A stretch of 64,000 bases of DNA, from assembly GCA_020184695.1 (NCBI GenBank), contig JAANOX010000068.1, forward strand, positions 62,001 through 126,000, written 5' to 3'. The translations under genes and the position numbers were made by a program. Positions 42,073 to 51,539 of the stretch are shown here, in pieces. Under the pieces are notes generated by a model. The model had not been told where the DNA came from. It saw only the letters and a list, made by a program, of their open reading frames with translations, and did no database searches. This DNA comes from Histomonas meleagridis 2922-C6/04-290x (taxonomy: Eukaryota; Protista; Parabasalia). The number at the start of each line of letters is the position of its first letter. The first letter of the stretch is position 1.

Positions 42073-43998
42073 TTATGAAAACAGTTTTAATAAATTTTCT
42101 TTGAAATCTGTTGCAAATGGATCATCCTCAAGATTTGTCAAAGTCACTCCGCTATACATATCCAAAGACGATGTTTCGTTTTGCACATCTTCTGATTTTT
42201 CTTCAATAGTATTAGTTATATTTTTATTATTTTTAATACGTATTAACACAATTACAGATATAACTACGATAATTAACACTACAATTACTACGCATATAAT
42301 CACTATAGTCATTGTGTTGTCCTCATTTGCTTTGAATTCTTGCAGATTTACAATTGTATAAAAATAAGAGAATAATGAGTAATATACAAAATATGTAATG
42401 ACTTTATATTGGTAATAAATAAATTCAGTGCGAATGTACGTGTTTGATAAATTAACATTCATAATGGAATAAGAATTTATAACTATCGAATTGTAAATTG
42501 TTAGCGTTTGTGTGACTGATTTATAAAATGTAATAACTAATGAAACTGAAAAAGATTCATCAGAAGCTAAACAAATATATGTATTTGAATTAGTGAATGA
42601 ATTTGATCTAGAAAATATATTCGTAGATATTGTATTTGATCTAGTAAATGTATTCGAAGATATTGCATTTGACTGTGTGAATGTATGCGTTGGCCATGAA
42701 TATTGATCACAGCCTTCAACTGCGACTATTGTAACAACAAGTGGACCAAATGATGTGTCTCGATATAAATCTGATGTCATAACATATGTTGCTGGTACGC
42801 CATTAAAAACTTCTGAATTTTGAAATATCGGCGAATCATAGCCAGTAAAATATATGCAGATGAGATTGTTGCAGAATTGAAATGCATAAACTCCGATTAT
42901 GCTTACACTTCCTCCAATGATAACTGTTTCTAAATTAGAACATGATTGAAATGCATAACCCCCAATTGCTGTAACGGAATCTGGAATTGTGATACTTGTT
43001 AATGATGAACATGATTCAAATGCACTACTTCCAATTGACGTTACATTTTCTCCAATGATAACTATTTCCGAATTAGAACATAATTGAAATGCATTATCTC
43101 CAATTGATGTAATCGAGTTTGAAATTGAAATATTTGGTAATGACGAACAATTATAAAATGTATGGGAAGTGATACTAACCAACATTTCGGGAAATATAAA
43201 ATATTTTAGTGATTGACACAAAGCAAATGAATATTTACCAATTGATGAAACAGTATCCGGAATTGTTATATTTTCCAAATCCCCACAACCATTAAATGCA
43301 CTTGTTCCTATTGTTTTTAATTCTGATCCAATGAAAACTGTTTTTAATGCTGAACAAGACATAAATGCTCTATCATTTATTAATGTCACTGAATTCCGAA
43401 TTATAATAGATTCTAACAAGCACCAATTATGAAATAAATCTGATTGAATTTCAGTAATGCTTCCATCAATTATAAGATGCTCAGTTTGCATCATATAGCC
43501 ATCGATTGTGTCGATATCACTTGAATCTGATATTGTTAATGTTTTTGTAGGTTCATCATATGTTACTTCAAAAGAATGATAAATGAATATTAAAAAGATA
43601 ATTAGATGAATTTTTACGTTATGATTTTCTATATAAGAAAAATTAGAAATGAATTTCTTTTTGGACATGATTTTAAAAAGTGAAAATAACATAAGAAAGA
43701 AGAAATAAATCAAAAAACATAATGGCGTCATGATGTACTTTTTTGGAAATTGCAGAACAAAAAATATAAAATTGTTTTTTCGGGTGATTTGATTTGAATT
43801 ATAATAGATATGTTGATTTGTATCAAACAGTTTGTATCTATATACAAAGTGTGAAATTCTTTCATTTTTACTCATAGCAAAAAGTTTATCATTAATGCAT
43901 GATTCGTAAATATTTGTCGAATTTAAGGTTAAATTTTTATGGGAAAAATGGAACAGAGGGCATAAGTACAGAAGTGCATTCAAGTAAAGAATTTTCAT
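42073..43998 (-). CDS. bspA: BspA-like LRR surface protein (true start probably well downstream of 43998)
   Basis: TpLRR units, TxSxxF-type S/T-rich stalk (TFTQSNAISSNTFTRSN), TM helix, acidic tail with DDPF. The first ~90-130 codons of the ORF look like AT-rich non-coding sequence. Confidence 0.85.
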   Translation of the reverse strand: MKILYLNALLYLCPLFHFSHKNLTLNSTNIYESCINDKLFAMSKNERISHFVYRYKLFDTNQHIYYNSNQITRKNNFIFFVLQFPKKYIMTPLCFLIYFFFLMLFSLFKIMSKKKFISNFSYIENHNVKIHLIIFLIFIYHSFEVTYDEPTKTLTISDSSDIDTIDGYMMQTEHLIIDGSITEIQSDLFHNWCLLESIIIRNSVTLINDRAFMSCSALKTVFIGSELKTIGTSAFNGCGDLENITIPDTVSSIGKYSFALCQSLKYFIFPEMLVSITSHTFYNCSSLPNISISNSITSIGDNAFQLCSNSEIVIIGENVTSIGSSAFESCSSLTSITIPDSVTAIGGYAFQSCSNLETVIIGGSVSIIGVYAFQFCNNLICIYFTGYDSPIFQNSEVFNGVPATYVMTSDLYRDTSFGPLVVTIVAVEGCDQYSWPTHTFTQSNAISSNTFTRSNTISTNIFSRSNSFTNSNTYICLASDESFSVSLVITFYKSVTQTLTIYNSIVINSYSIMNVNLSNTYIRTEFIYYQYKVITYFVYYSLFSYFYTIVNLQEFKANEDNTMTIVIICVVIVVLIIVVISVIVLIRIKNNKNITNTIEEKSEDVQNETSSLDMYSGVTLTNLEDDPFATDFKENLLKLFS

Positions 43999-45024
43999 TA
44001 GATTTTTTTGTGAAATAAGGCCGAATAATTACCAAAATTTTTCTGTTGACTTTTTACCATCGGACAAAGAATTGAAAACATTATTTAGTTTACAGTTAAA
44101 CATTGAATTCAATTTACTCACTTTCAAAAACTCATCTTTCTCAAATGTGATGTGAGCGTTTTGCTAAAATTTCGATGATTGGGTGATGGTTGGCTCTTCG
44201 TCATATGCTTTGAGGAATTTAACACCAGGTGTGCCCAAATATTTGTTTCTGCAATGGCACGTTCTTTCTTAGCCTTTCTTTGCTTCATGGAATTCTCTTT
44301 TCCTCAATTGCATTGGTAACATAGCAGTACTTTAATCCAAATGTTATTGAAATCTTTCCTTCATTTTAAATTAAAAATACAGTCCCAGGTTATACCAATA
44401 CTTTCAGCACGAACAACTATTTTTCACCCATCAAGAAGTTGTTAAGCAATAAGACAAGACAAGGGATTTGGCACCACAACGACAAAAGGTTCGAACAGAC
44501 TCTGTCAGAAAAGTGACGAATGTCCCACAATTAGAAAAATTATAAAACTAGCATTACAAAGAAGTTTACTTTGTTTTCCATTGTTTTTATCATCAACATA
44601 CATTTACTCAAATAGAAAAAATTAAAACATATAAATTTTATTCAAATCTTCATTCAATTTTTTTTAAGTTTTCAACAAGTAAAGTTTCATAGTAAGTTGT
44701 TTAAGGAAAGCGAATGCATTCCCATCAATCTGGTTTGATAAGTTTTACATTCTTTAAACCGTAAAAGATTTAAATCATCTCAAGGTAGAAAAAAAAAGAT
44801 TTTCCTCAAATTGAGATCATTTTGATTCAAATGCTTAAGTGGAATTGCTATGCTTTTACACGTTTCAAATATTTAATTTTTAAACTTGATTTCTCATCAG
44901 ATTGAAAGTGAAATTTAAAAAATAAAACACAAACAAGAACAAGTGGAACTTAGATTTTTTAATTAGAATTTTAAAAATCAATTGATCCCATGAAAAAATT
45001 TAACATGATATTTTAAAAGAAATA

Positions 45025-45303
45025 CTATGTGTCATTATTTGAAGCTTTTGGAGCAACAGACTTTCTTTTCTTACCTGAACTTGACTGTCTCTTCTGCTTT
45101 TTTGAGCTCGAAGTAGATGAAGCTCGTTTTTTCATTGCTTGATCAACGTACCTGCATGCGATACTTCCGATTGGGTGATCTAGTTCTTGCTGCTGGATAA
45201 GCTGTTGTAGTTCTTTATTTGACAAGACATTCATCAATTTCAAATGCTTTTCAGAGCATATCTGGTCAACATTCCAACATCTTATCAAAAGTCGCCGGTC
45301 CAT
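45025..45303 (-). CDS. Hypothetical 92-aa protein with basic tail
   Basis: ATG ORF with coding-like composition; K/R/S-rich NLS-like C-terminus. Confidence 0.5.
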   Translation of the reverse strand: MDRRLLIRCWNVDQICSEKHLKLMNVLSNKELQQLIQQQELDHPIGSIACRYVDQAMKKRASSTSSSKKQKRQSSSGKKRKSVAPKASNNDT

Positions 45304-46016
45304 CTCAAAAAGCGGAAATTATGAGGTTTTTAATCGTAAAAATTCAATTTTTTTCTGTCATCGGTTTTATGATACCGTATTTGTTATTGCATAAATTGGA
45401 ACATTTTCGTTCATTATAATGATAAAATAGCTAATTATTTTTTATGTAGTTCAAATTTTTTCGGATTAATGATAAAATAAAAAAGAAAAATAAATATTTT
45501 TTCAAAATGAATTCATTATATTTTTTCATGACATATTAATATATAACAATTTTTGATATGCATAATGATTATTTATACATTTTTAAATTAATATGGTATC
45601 TCATAAAAAAGATTGGTTGAATTTTCTTGGTATAAACAACAAAAATATAATTCAGAAGCCGTTAGAATGCACACCAAAACGACAAGCTGTCAAATAATAA
45701 AACCGTTACCAAATTTGAATACATTTTTTTCCATTAATGAAAAATATTTACAGGGAAATCAAAATGAAATATTTACAAACTTATCAATACAATGAACTAT
45801 AAAAATATTAATTCATTTTATTTTTACAATTAAATTAGTATAAGTTCAAAATTAAAAGATTTTTTAATATGACAAATTCTATCATCTGTTGTAAGAAACG
45901 GTTTCTCTTTTATAGGCGGTTTTGGCCTGGCATTGCAACTGAAAATTCAGAGGCGACTTTCGGTTGTGAAATGTTGTCGTCTGTAAATTGAATAATTTAC
46001 ATACGCACATTTTCTC

Positions 46017-49007
46017 ATGAGTAACGAAGAGGCCCACAATGGTGGCGGCGATATCACCACCGAGTCGATTCTAAACATGTTTGAGAGAAACAGCAGCAAA
46101 GAGACTGTTGATAGGTTTCTCCAAAGTGGTGGCATTCAACCATATTTAAATCGATTCAAGACAGATCTTAAAAACGGTTTACCAGATGATGAACAATTTC
46201 TAGAAGAACGCAGAAGGGAATGGGGTGAGAACAAGCTCCCACCTCCACCAACAAAATCATGGTGCCGAATGTTCATTAAAACCTTTGAAGATTTAATGCT
46301 TAAGATTTTGATTGTATCAGCCATTGTTTCTCTTATTTTAACAAGTTGCTTCCCAGAAGGCGGTGTTCGTAAGATTGAAGATTACATTGATACAATTGCC
46401 ATTTTCATTGCCGTTCTTATTGTTTCATGTGTTCAAGCAACTACCAACTATTCACAACAAAAGAGCTTCCAAGAAATTAACAAACTTAAGAACGAATATA
46501 ATGTCGCTGTTCTTCGTGGTGGTATTGAAAAGCAAATTCTTAACACCGAAGTTGTAGCAGGTGATATTCTTAACCTTAAGAACGGTGACAAAGTTTGTGC
46601 TGATGGTTTATACATTTCCGGTAATAATCTTAAAGTTAACAATTCACAAGAAACCGGTGAATCCGATGCCATAGCCATCAATGAACGTAATCCGTTTGTT
46701 CTTGGTGGAGGTGCTGTTGAATTAGGTGATGCCAAAATCCTTATTGTTGCTGTTGGTCAAAACAGTCAATCCGGAAAACGTCTTCTTGATATCCAACAAA
46801 TTGGTGAAGAAGCCGGCAGCTCACCACTTGAAAAGAAGCTTGATAAAGTTGCCATTATGCTTACCAACATTGGTCTTGGCGGTGCTCTTCTTACCTTCTT
46901 TGTACTTTTAATCTATTGGATCGAGAATGTAGTTGATTTACAACGTGCCACAGGTAAGTTTGAAGGAAGTTATTTCAATGATTTAGTCCAAAAGTTCATG
47001 ATTGGTGTCACAATTTTCATTTGCGCTGTTCCAGAAGGTTTACCATTAGCAGTTACAATTGCATTAGGCTTTTCAATGAAGAAGATGATGAAAGATAAGA
47101 ACTTTGTTCGACATCTTCAAGCATGTGAAACAATGGGAGGAGCCACAACCATTTGTTCTGATAAGACAGGTACATTAACAGAGAACAAGATGACTGTTGT
47201 TAAGTTTGCTATGGATGGACAAGAATATGGACGTCAACCAGACTTTAATAACAATGTTAAGAGCATCTTATTCGATGCGATTTGTCATAACACAACAGCT
47301 AAGGCTACAATGGTTCATGATGAAAAGACAGATCAAGAAAAGATTGTATTAATTGGGTCATCATCAGAATGTGCGTTACTTAACTTTGTTAAATTATATG
47401 GAGTTGACTTCCAACAAGTTCGTGATTCAAATCCAAAGGTTCATACCAATGAATTCACATCCGCACGTAAGAAGATGTCCACAATTGTCATGAAAGATGG
47501 CCATGGTCGTTCATATGTTAAAGGTGCACCAGATTTTGTACTTAGGACATGTACACATTATATGAAATTTGATGGAAATATTGAAGAACTTGATGAAGGA
47601 GCACGTCAACGTATTAACAGTAGCATTACATCATTTGCAGATCAATCATTACGTACAATGTTAATTGCATATACTGATTTACAAGAAACAGAAATGAATC
47701 CAAATTGGGAAGATCCAGATTATGCAGAACAAAACCTTTGTGTTATTGGACTTGTTGGTATTGAAGATCCACTTCGACCAGAAGTTAAAGGAGCTATTGA
47801 ACAATGTAATCGTGCACGTGTTATTGTTAGAATGGTTACAGGAGATTACATTAACACAGCTAAAGCCATCTCAAAGCAATGTGGTATCCTTAAAGAAGAA
47901 GAAGGACATTTCGCTATGTTAGGAGAAGAATTTGCAAAGAAATCAAAACTCGAATTAATTGATGATTTACCAAACCTTAGAGTTTTAGCACGTAGTTCAC
48001 CAAGTGATAAATTACGACTTGTTCAATTATTAATGGAATCTGGTGAAGTTGTTGCAGTTACAGGTGATGGTTCTAATGATTCACCAGCACTTAAACAAGC
48101 TAATGTTGGTTTATCAATGGGTATGTGTGGTACCGAATTAGCTAAGATGGCATCTGATATAGTTATTTTAGATGATAACTTCAATAGTATCGTATCAGCA
48201 CTTAAATGGGGAAGATGTATATATGATAATGTACGAAGTTTCTTACAATTCCAATTGACAGTTAACTTTGCAGCATTAATCATTGCATTTGTCGGTTCTT
48301 GCGTATTACATAACTCACCACTTAAGACAATTCAATTGTTATGGGTTAACTTAATCATGGATTCATTAGGTGCATTAGCATTAGCTACAAGAGGACCATC
48401 CGATGCATTATTAAATCGTCCTCCATATGGTGAATCAGATGGTTTAATCTCTAATGTCTTAGCCAGAAATATTGTTGGACATGTTGTGTATCAAACAATT
48501 GTTTTGTTCTTAATATTATTTGGAGATAAATCAATATTTAAGATTAATGAAAGTGATAGTGATATCCAAGAAAGACATGTCTCTACACTTGTATTTAATA
48601 CATTTGTCTACATGCAAGTATTCAACTTAATTAACGCACGTGTCGCTAATCAAGATATGACTGTATTAGATGGCCTCTTTAGTAACATTTGGTTCATTAT
48701 CATATTCGTAGGTATCGCTGGTTTACAAGCAATTTTAGTTATATTCGCTAAAAGTGCCTTCTTAACGGTCGACCTAAGTTGGAAAGAATGGTTAATCTCA
48801 ATTGGTTTAGGGGCTGGCTCTTTAGTGATTGGTGTATTGTTGCGTTTAATCAAGTTACCTGATATGACAGTCGAGAAACTTGAAAAATTAAGAGCTGAAA
48901 AGAAAGAAGAAATTAAACGTTTCTATGCTAATGTACCAGGTCAAGATCAATGGAAGATGTCCACACTTAAGAAGAAGAAAGAAGAAAGCGATGACGAGTC
49001 AGATTAA
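46017..49007 (+). CDS. P2B-type calcium-transporting ATPase (PMCA-like)
   Basis: TGES, VPEGLPLAVT, CSDKTGTLTEN, KGAPD, MVTGD, TGDGSNDSPALK, KFLQFQLTVN-like SFLQFQLTVN, QLLWVNLIMD. Confidence 0.97.
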   Translation: MSNEEAHNGGGDITTESILNMFERNSSKETVDRFLQSGGIQPYLNRFKTDLKNGLPDDEQFLEERRREWGENKLPPPPTKSWCRMFIKTFEDLMLKILIVSAIVSLILTSCFPEGGVRKIEDYIDTIAIFIAVLIVSCVQATTNYSQQKSFQEINKLKNEYNVAVLRGGIEKQILNTEVVAGDILNLKNGDKVCADGLYISGNNLKVNNSQETGESDAIAINERNPFVLGGGAVELGDAKILIVAVGQNSQSGKRLLDIQQIGEEAGSSPLEKKLDKVAIMLTNIGLGGALLTFFVLLIYWIENVVDLQRATGKFEGSYFNDLVQKFMIGVTIFICAVPEGLPLAVTIALGFSMKKMMKDKNFVRHLQACETMGGATTICSDKTGTLTENKMTVVKFAMDGQEYGRQPDFNNNVKSILFDAICHNTTAKATMVHDEKTDQEKIVLIGSSSECALLNFVKLYGVDFQQVRDSNPKVHTNEFTSARKKMSTIVMKDGHGRSYVKGAPDFVLRTCTHYMKFDGNIEELDEGARQRINSSITSFADQSLRTMLIAYTDLQETEMNPNWEDPDYAEQNLCVIGLVGIEDPLRPEVKGAIEQCNRARVIVRMVTGDYINTAKAISKQCGILKEEEGHFAMLGEEFAKKSKLELIDDLPNLRVLARSSPSDKLRLVQLLMESGEVVAVTGDGSNDSPALKQANVGLSMGMCGTELAKMASDIVILDDNFNSIVSALKWGRCIYDNVRSFLQFQLTVNFAALIIAFVGSCVLHNSPLKTIQLLWVNLIMDSLGALALATRGPSDALLNRPPYGESDGLISNVLARNIVGHVVYQTIVLFLILFGDKSIFKINESDSDIQERHVSTLVFNTFVYMQVFNLINARVANQDMTVLDGLFSNIWFIIIFVGIAGLQAILVIFAKSAFLTVDLSWKEWLISIGLGAGSLVIGVLLRLIKLPDMTVEKLEKLRAEKKEEIKRFYANVPGQDQWKMSTLKKKKEESDDESD

Positions 49008-49120
49008 TTAAATTTAACCTCGAAAAAAGGCCCAAAAATAAATACCGTATTTTAAACTGTCTTTTGTTTGGTTTATGTGAAAAGTGGGAAAAAAGTTAAG
49101 CGGAAGCATCTGTCTTTATC

Positions 49121-49696
49121 TTAAAGCAGTGTGCACTTTCTCCCTGTCTTCTTGGCGGGGGTTTGTTCCCCGCTGTCGGGTGGCTTGACGCCGCTGTTCC
49201 AGATCTCTCGGACTATCTCTGAAAATACTTGGTTGACGTTTTCTTTTGTCTTGGCAGATGTCTCGTAGAACTTGCCATGAAGCCTTTCAGCAAGGTCTTT
49301 GCCTTCTTGAGTTTGAACTTCTCTTTGATTCTCTAAATCACATTTATTACCGCATATTACTAATGGAACTGAAGACACATTCTTGGTGGTTAAAAGATCT
49401 TCATATATTTCGGAAACTCTGTCAAATGAATGATGGTCATCAATAGAGTAAATTAATAAAAATCCTTGGCCTGCACGAAGTGATGTTTGACGAAGATGAT
49501 CAATTGTCTCCATTCCTGCAGTGTCCAATATTTCAACTTGGATTGACTTATTATCTACAACAAAAGTTTTTTTGTGGTTTTCTTCAATCGTTGGCTCATA
49601 ATCCACAACAAACTCCCCTTTTACAAACTGGATGGAGAGAGCGCTCTTGCCAACACCACCAGTTCCTAAAACTACAATTTTGTAGATCGTGCTCAT
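49121..49696 (-). CDS. Ras-family small GTPase (Ras/Rap-like)
   Basis: GTGGVGKS, YEPTIEE, DTAGM, NKCD, ETSAK; CaaX CTLL. Confidence 0.95.
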   Translation of the reverse strand: MSTIYKIVVLGTGGVGKSALSIQFVKGEFVVDYEPTIEENHKKTFVVDNKSIQVEILDTAGMETIDHLRQTSLRAGQGFLLIYSIDDHHSFDRVSEIYEDLLTTKNVSSVPLVICGNKCDLENQREVQTQEGKDLAERLHGKFYETSAKTKENVNQVFSEIVREIWNSGVKPPDSGEQTPAKKTGRKCTLL

Positions 49697-49720
49697 AAGT
49701 GATCAGAATCAAACCGTTTA
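49697..49720 (-). promoter_or_regulatory. M3-like element plus Inr core promoter
   Basis: Sense strand TAAACGGTTTgattctgaTCACTT-ATG. AACGGTTT fits the T. vaginalis M3 (Myb-like) consensus and TCACTT fits the Inr. Confidence 0.7.
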
Positions 49721-50043
49721 TTCGTCCCAATTTGTGTAGACAATTTGAATAAAGAAAAGAGGTTAGTTATTCCCATTGTTCGGCGGTTGACAAACACGCT
49801 TCGGCCATACAAAAAGTTGGTTTGAAAGGAGCCTCCCCAGATGAAATTAGGTTTCGTCTTTTTTTTTTTTTTTTTGACTTTTATTCCATTTTTTTTTAAA
49901 CAAAAGGATTTGGTTATTCATTATTTTTTGTAATTTATTTTAATCAAATTAAATAATAATAAAATCTGTTTATTATATACATTAGTTAAAACCGAATAAG
50001 AGTGTATGAAACAAAATATCTAAAGAAAATACATGATATGTGC

Positions 50044-50583
50044 TTAAATTCTTTCTGGAAATAATGAACCATCTGATGGACCAAGAAATCCAAAAGCTAT
50101 AAGAAATATATCAATCATATAAACTGCGCCAAAACCACCAAAGGTAAGTAACTTGAACACACCACTAATTCCATAGCCTAAATAAAATCTATCAATGCCA
50201 AATCCACCAAAAAATATGCTTAACACTAATGCTGTTGTCATCGATAGTTTTGACCTTAAACATTTGGCCCTTTTTTCAAAGATTGATGAACCCATACAAT
50301 ATACATTTGAATAACATTTCGTTGTAAAAAATCCCATTGAAGGAATACAATTAGTCAAAGGCTTACATGTAGTTTGGTTTGTTGGAACCATAAAGCAATA
50401 ACGACATGAAACATTCGAAATAATAAAATTTCGTTCACCTGTACAAATTGTACTATGAAAAACTGTACAATTCAAATCTACTATTTCATCAAGCATACAA
50501 GCTTTAGGTTGACATATCATTTGATTTGGGCTTGCATCAGTACAATTTATCGCAAAAGATAAAGAAAGAAGAATGCAAAGCAT
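50044..50583 (-). CDS. TM2 domain protein (TM2D/almondex-like)
   Basis: Signal peptide, Cys-rich ectodomain, ALVLSIFFGGFGIDRFYLGY...KLLTFGGFG...DIFLI. Confidence 0.92.
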   Translation of the reverse strand: MLCILLSLSFAINCTDASPNQMICQPKACMLDEIVDLNCTVFHSTICTGERNFIISNVSCRYCFMVPTNQTTCKPLTNCIPSMGFFTTKCYSNVYCMGSSIFEKRAKCLRSKLSMTTALVLSIFFGGFGIDRFYLGYGISGVFKLLTFGGFGAVYMIDIFLIAFGFLGPSDGSLFPERI

Positions 50584-50635
50584 TTGTTTTCATATCACAT
50601 TTCGTAGGTTGGTTTTGACGGTTTTGTATTTATAA
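50584..50635. promoter_or_regulatory. 52-bp bidirectional intergenic region with M3-like motif
   Basis: Head-to-head ATGs at 50583 (-) and 50636 (+); GACGGTTT at 50617-50624. Confidence 0.6.
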
Positions 50636-50986
50636 ATGATCACTTTTCTAACTTTGTTCTTCCTTCAGACTCAAAGTATCGAAAAGGCACACCAAAATCA
50701 TGTTATAAACTTATATGAAGCAAACAACTCAACATCTGAAAATTCATCCATTCAATCAGAAAATATATTGGATTCTGGTGATGAAATCGCACGTTACGTT
50801 TCTGTATCCATTGCAGCACTTCTACTTGTCGTTTCAATTGTGTTTGTGGTTGTTTGGTATAAACAACATCCACAATGCATGAGTAAAGAACCTGATGAAC
50901 CAATATCGATTGACTCAAATGAAGAGGAAGAAGAAGGCGACGAACCACAACAAGCAAGTGAGTCAACATCCAAAATAACGGCTTAA
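50636..50986 (+). CDS. Small single-pass type I membrane protein
   Basis: Signal peptide, S/N-rich ectodomain, one TM helix (VSVSIAALLLVVSIVFVVVWY), acidic tail. Confidence 0.75.
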   Translation: MITFLTLFFLQTQSIEKAHQNHVINLYEANNSTSENSSIQSENILDSGDEIARYVSVSIAALLLVVSIVFVVVWYKQHPQCMSKEPDEPISIDSNEEEEEGDEPQQASESTSKITA

Positions 50987-51539
50987 ATATGATTGTTAAT
51001 TTTCCATTTAATAAAAATAGATCTTAATAAAGAATATATTCTGCTTAAGCTTGTATTCATAATAAAATTATTATATTATTTTATCCGAATAAATTTCATT
51101 TTCCTAATGTGTATCGTTTTTTATTTCAATTCGAAGTGAAACGGTTTAGAATTCTCTGATATAATTCATTACAATATTAATATAATGTTGGATATAATGA
51201 ATATTGTATCTTTAATTTGGGTATTTGCAAAGATATTTAATTTTTTTTAATTCAATATGAATTGATCGATCCGTTCAAATATTTAATGGTTTACAAAATA
51301 ATCTTGTCCCAAAAATAAATTTTTTATCATTAATATAATAGGTATTTACCAACGAAATTTTATTGATCAAAGTGTTTTCAGATGCAATAAAAATGTCTAG
51401 CAAATGACTCTTGAAGATGAAGATCACTTATGTCTAAAATTGCTCTCGTTCATGGGAGGTAATTAATTATTTTGGTTTATAATCCAAAATTGAATTTAAC
51501 CGTCGATGAAAAAGTCAAGCATTTTTATCACTTTTTTCA

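Noticed and set aside
49802-49810. CGGCCATAC resembling the 5' end of 5S rRNA
   Set aside because: Downstream sequence does not match the 5S internal boxes or helices.
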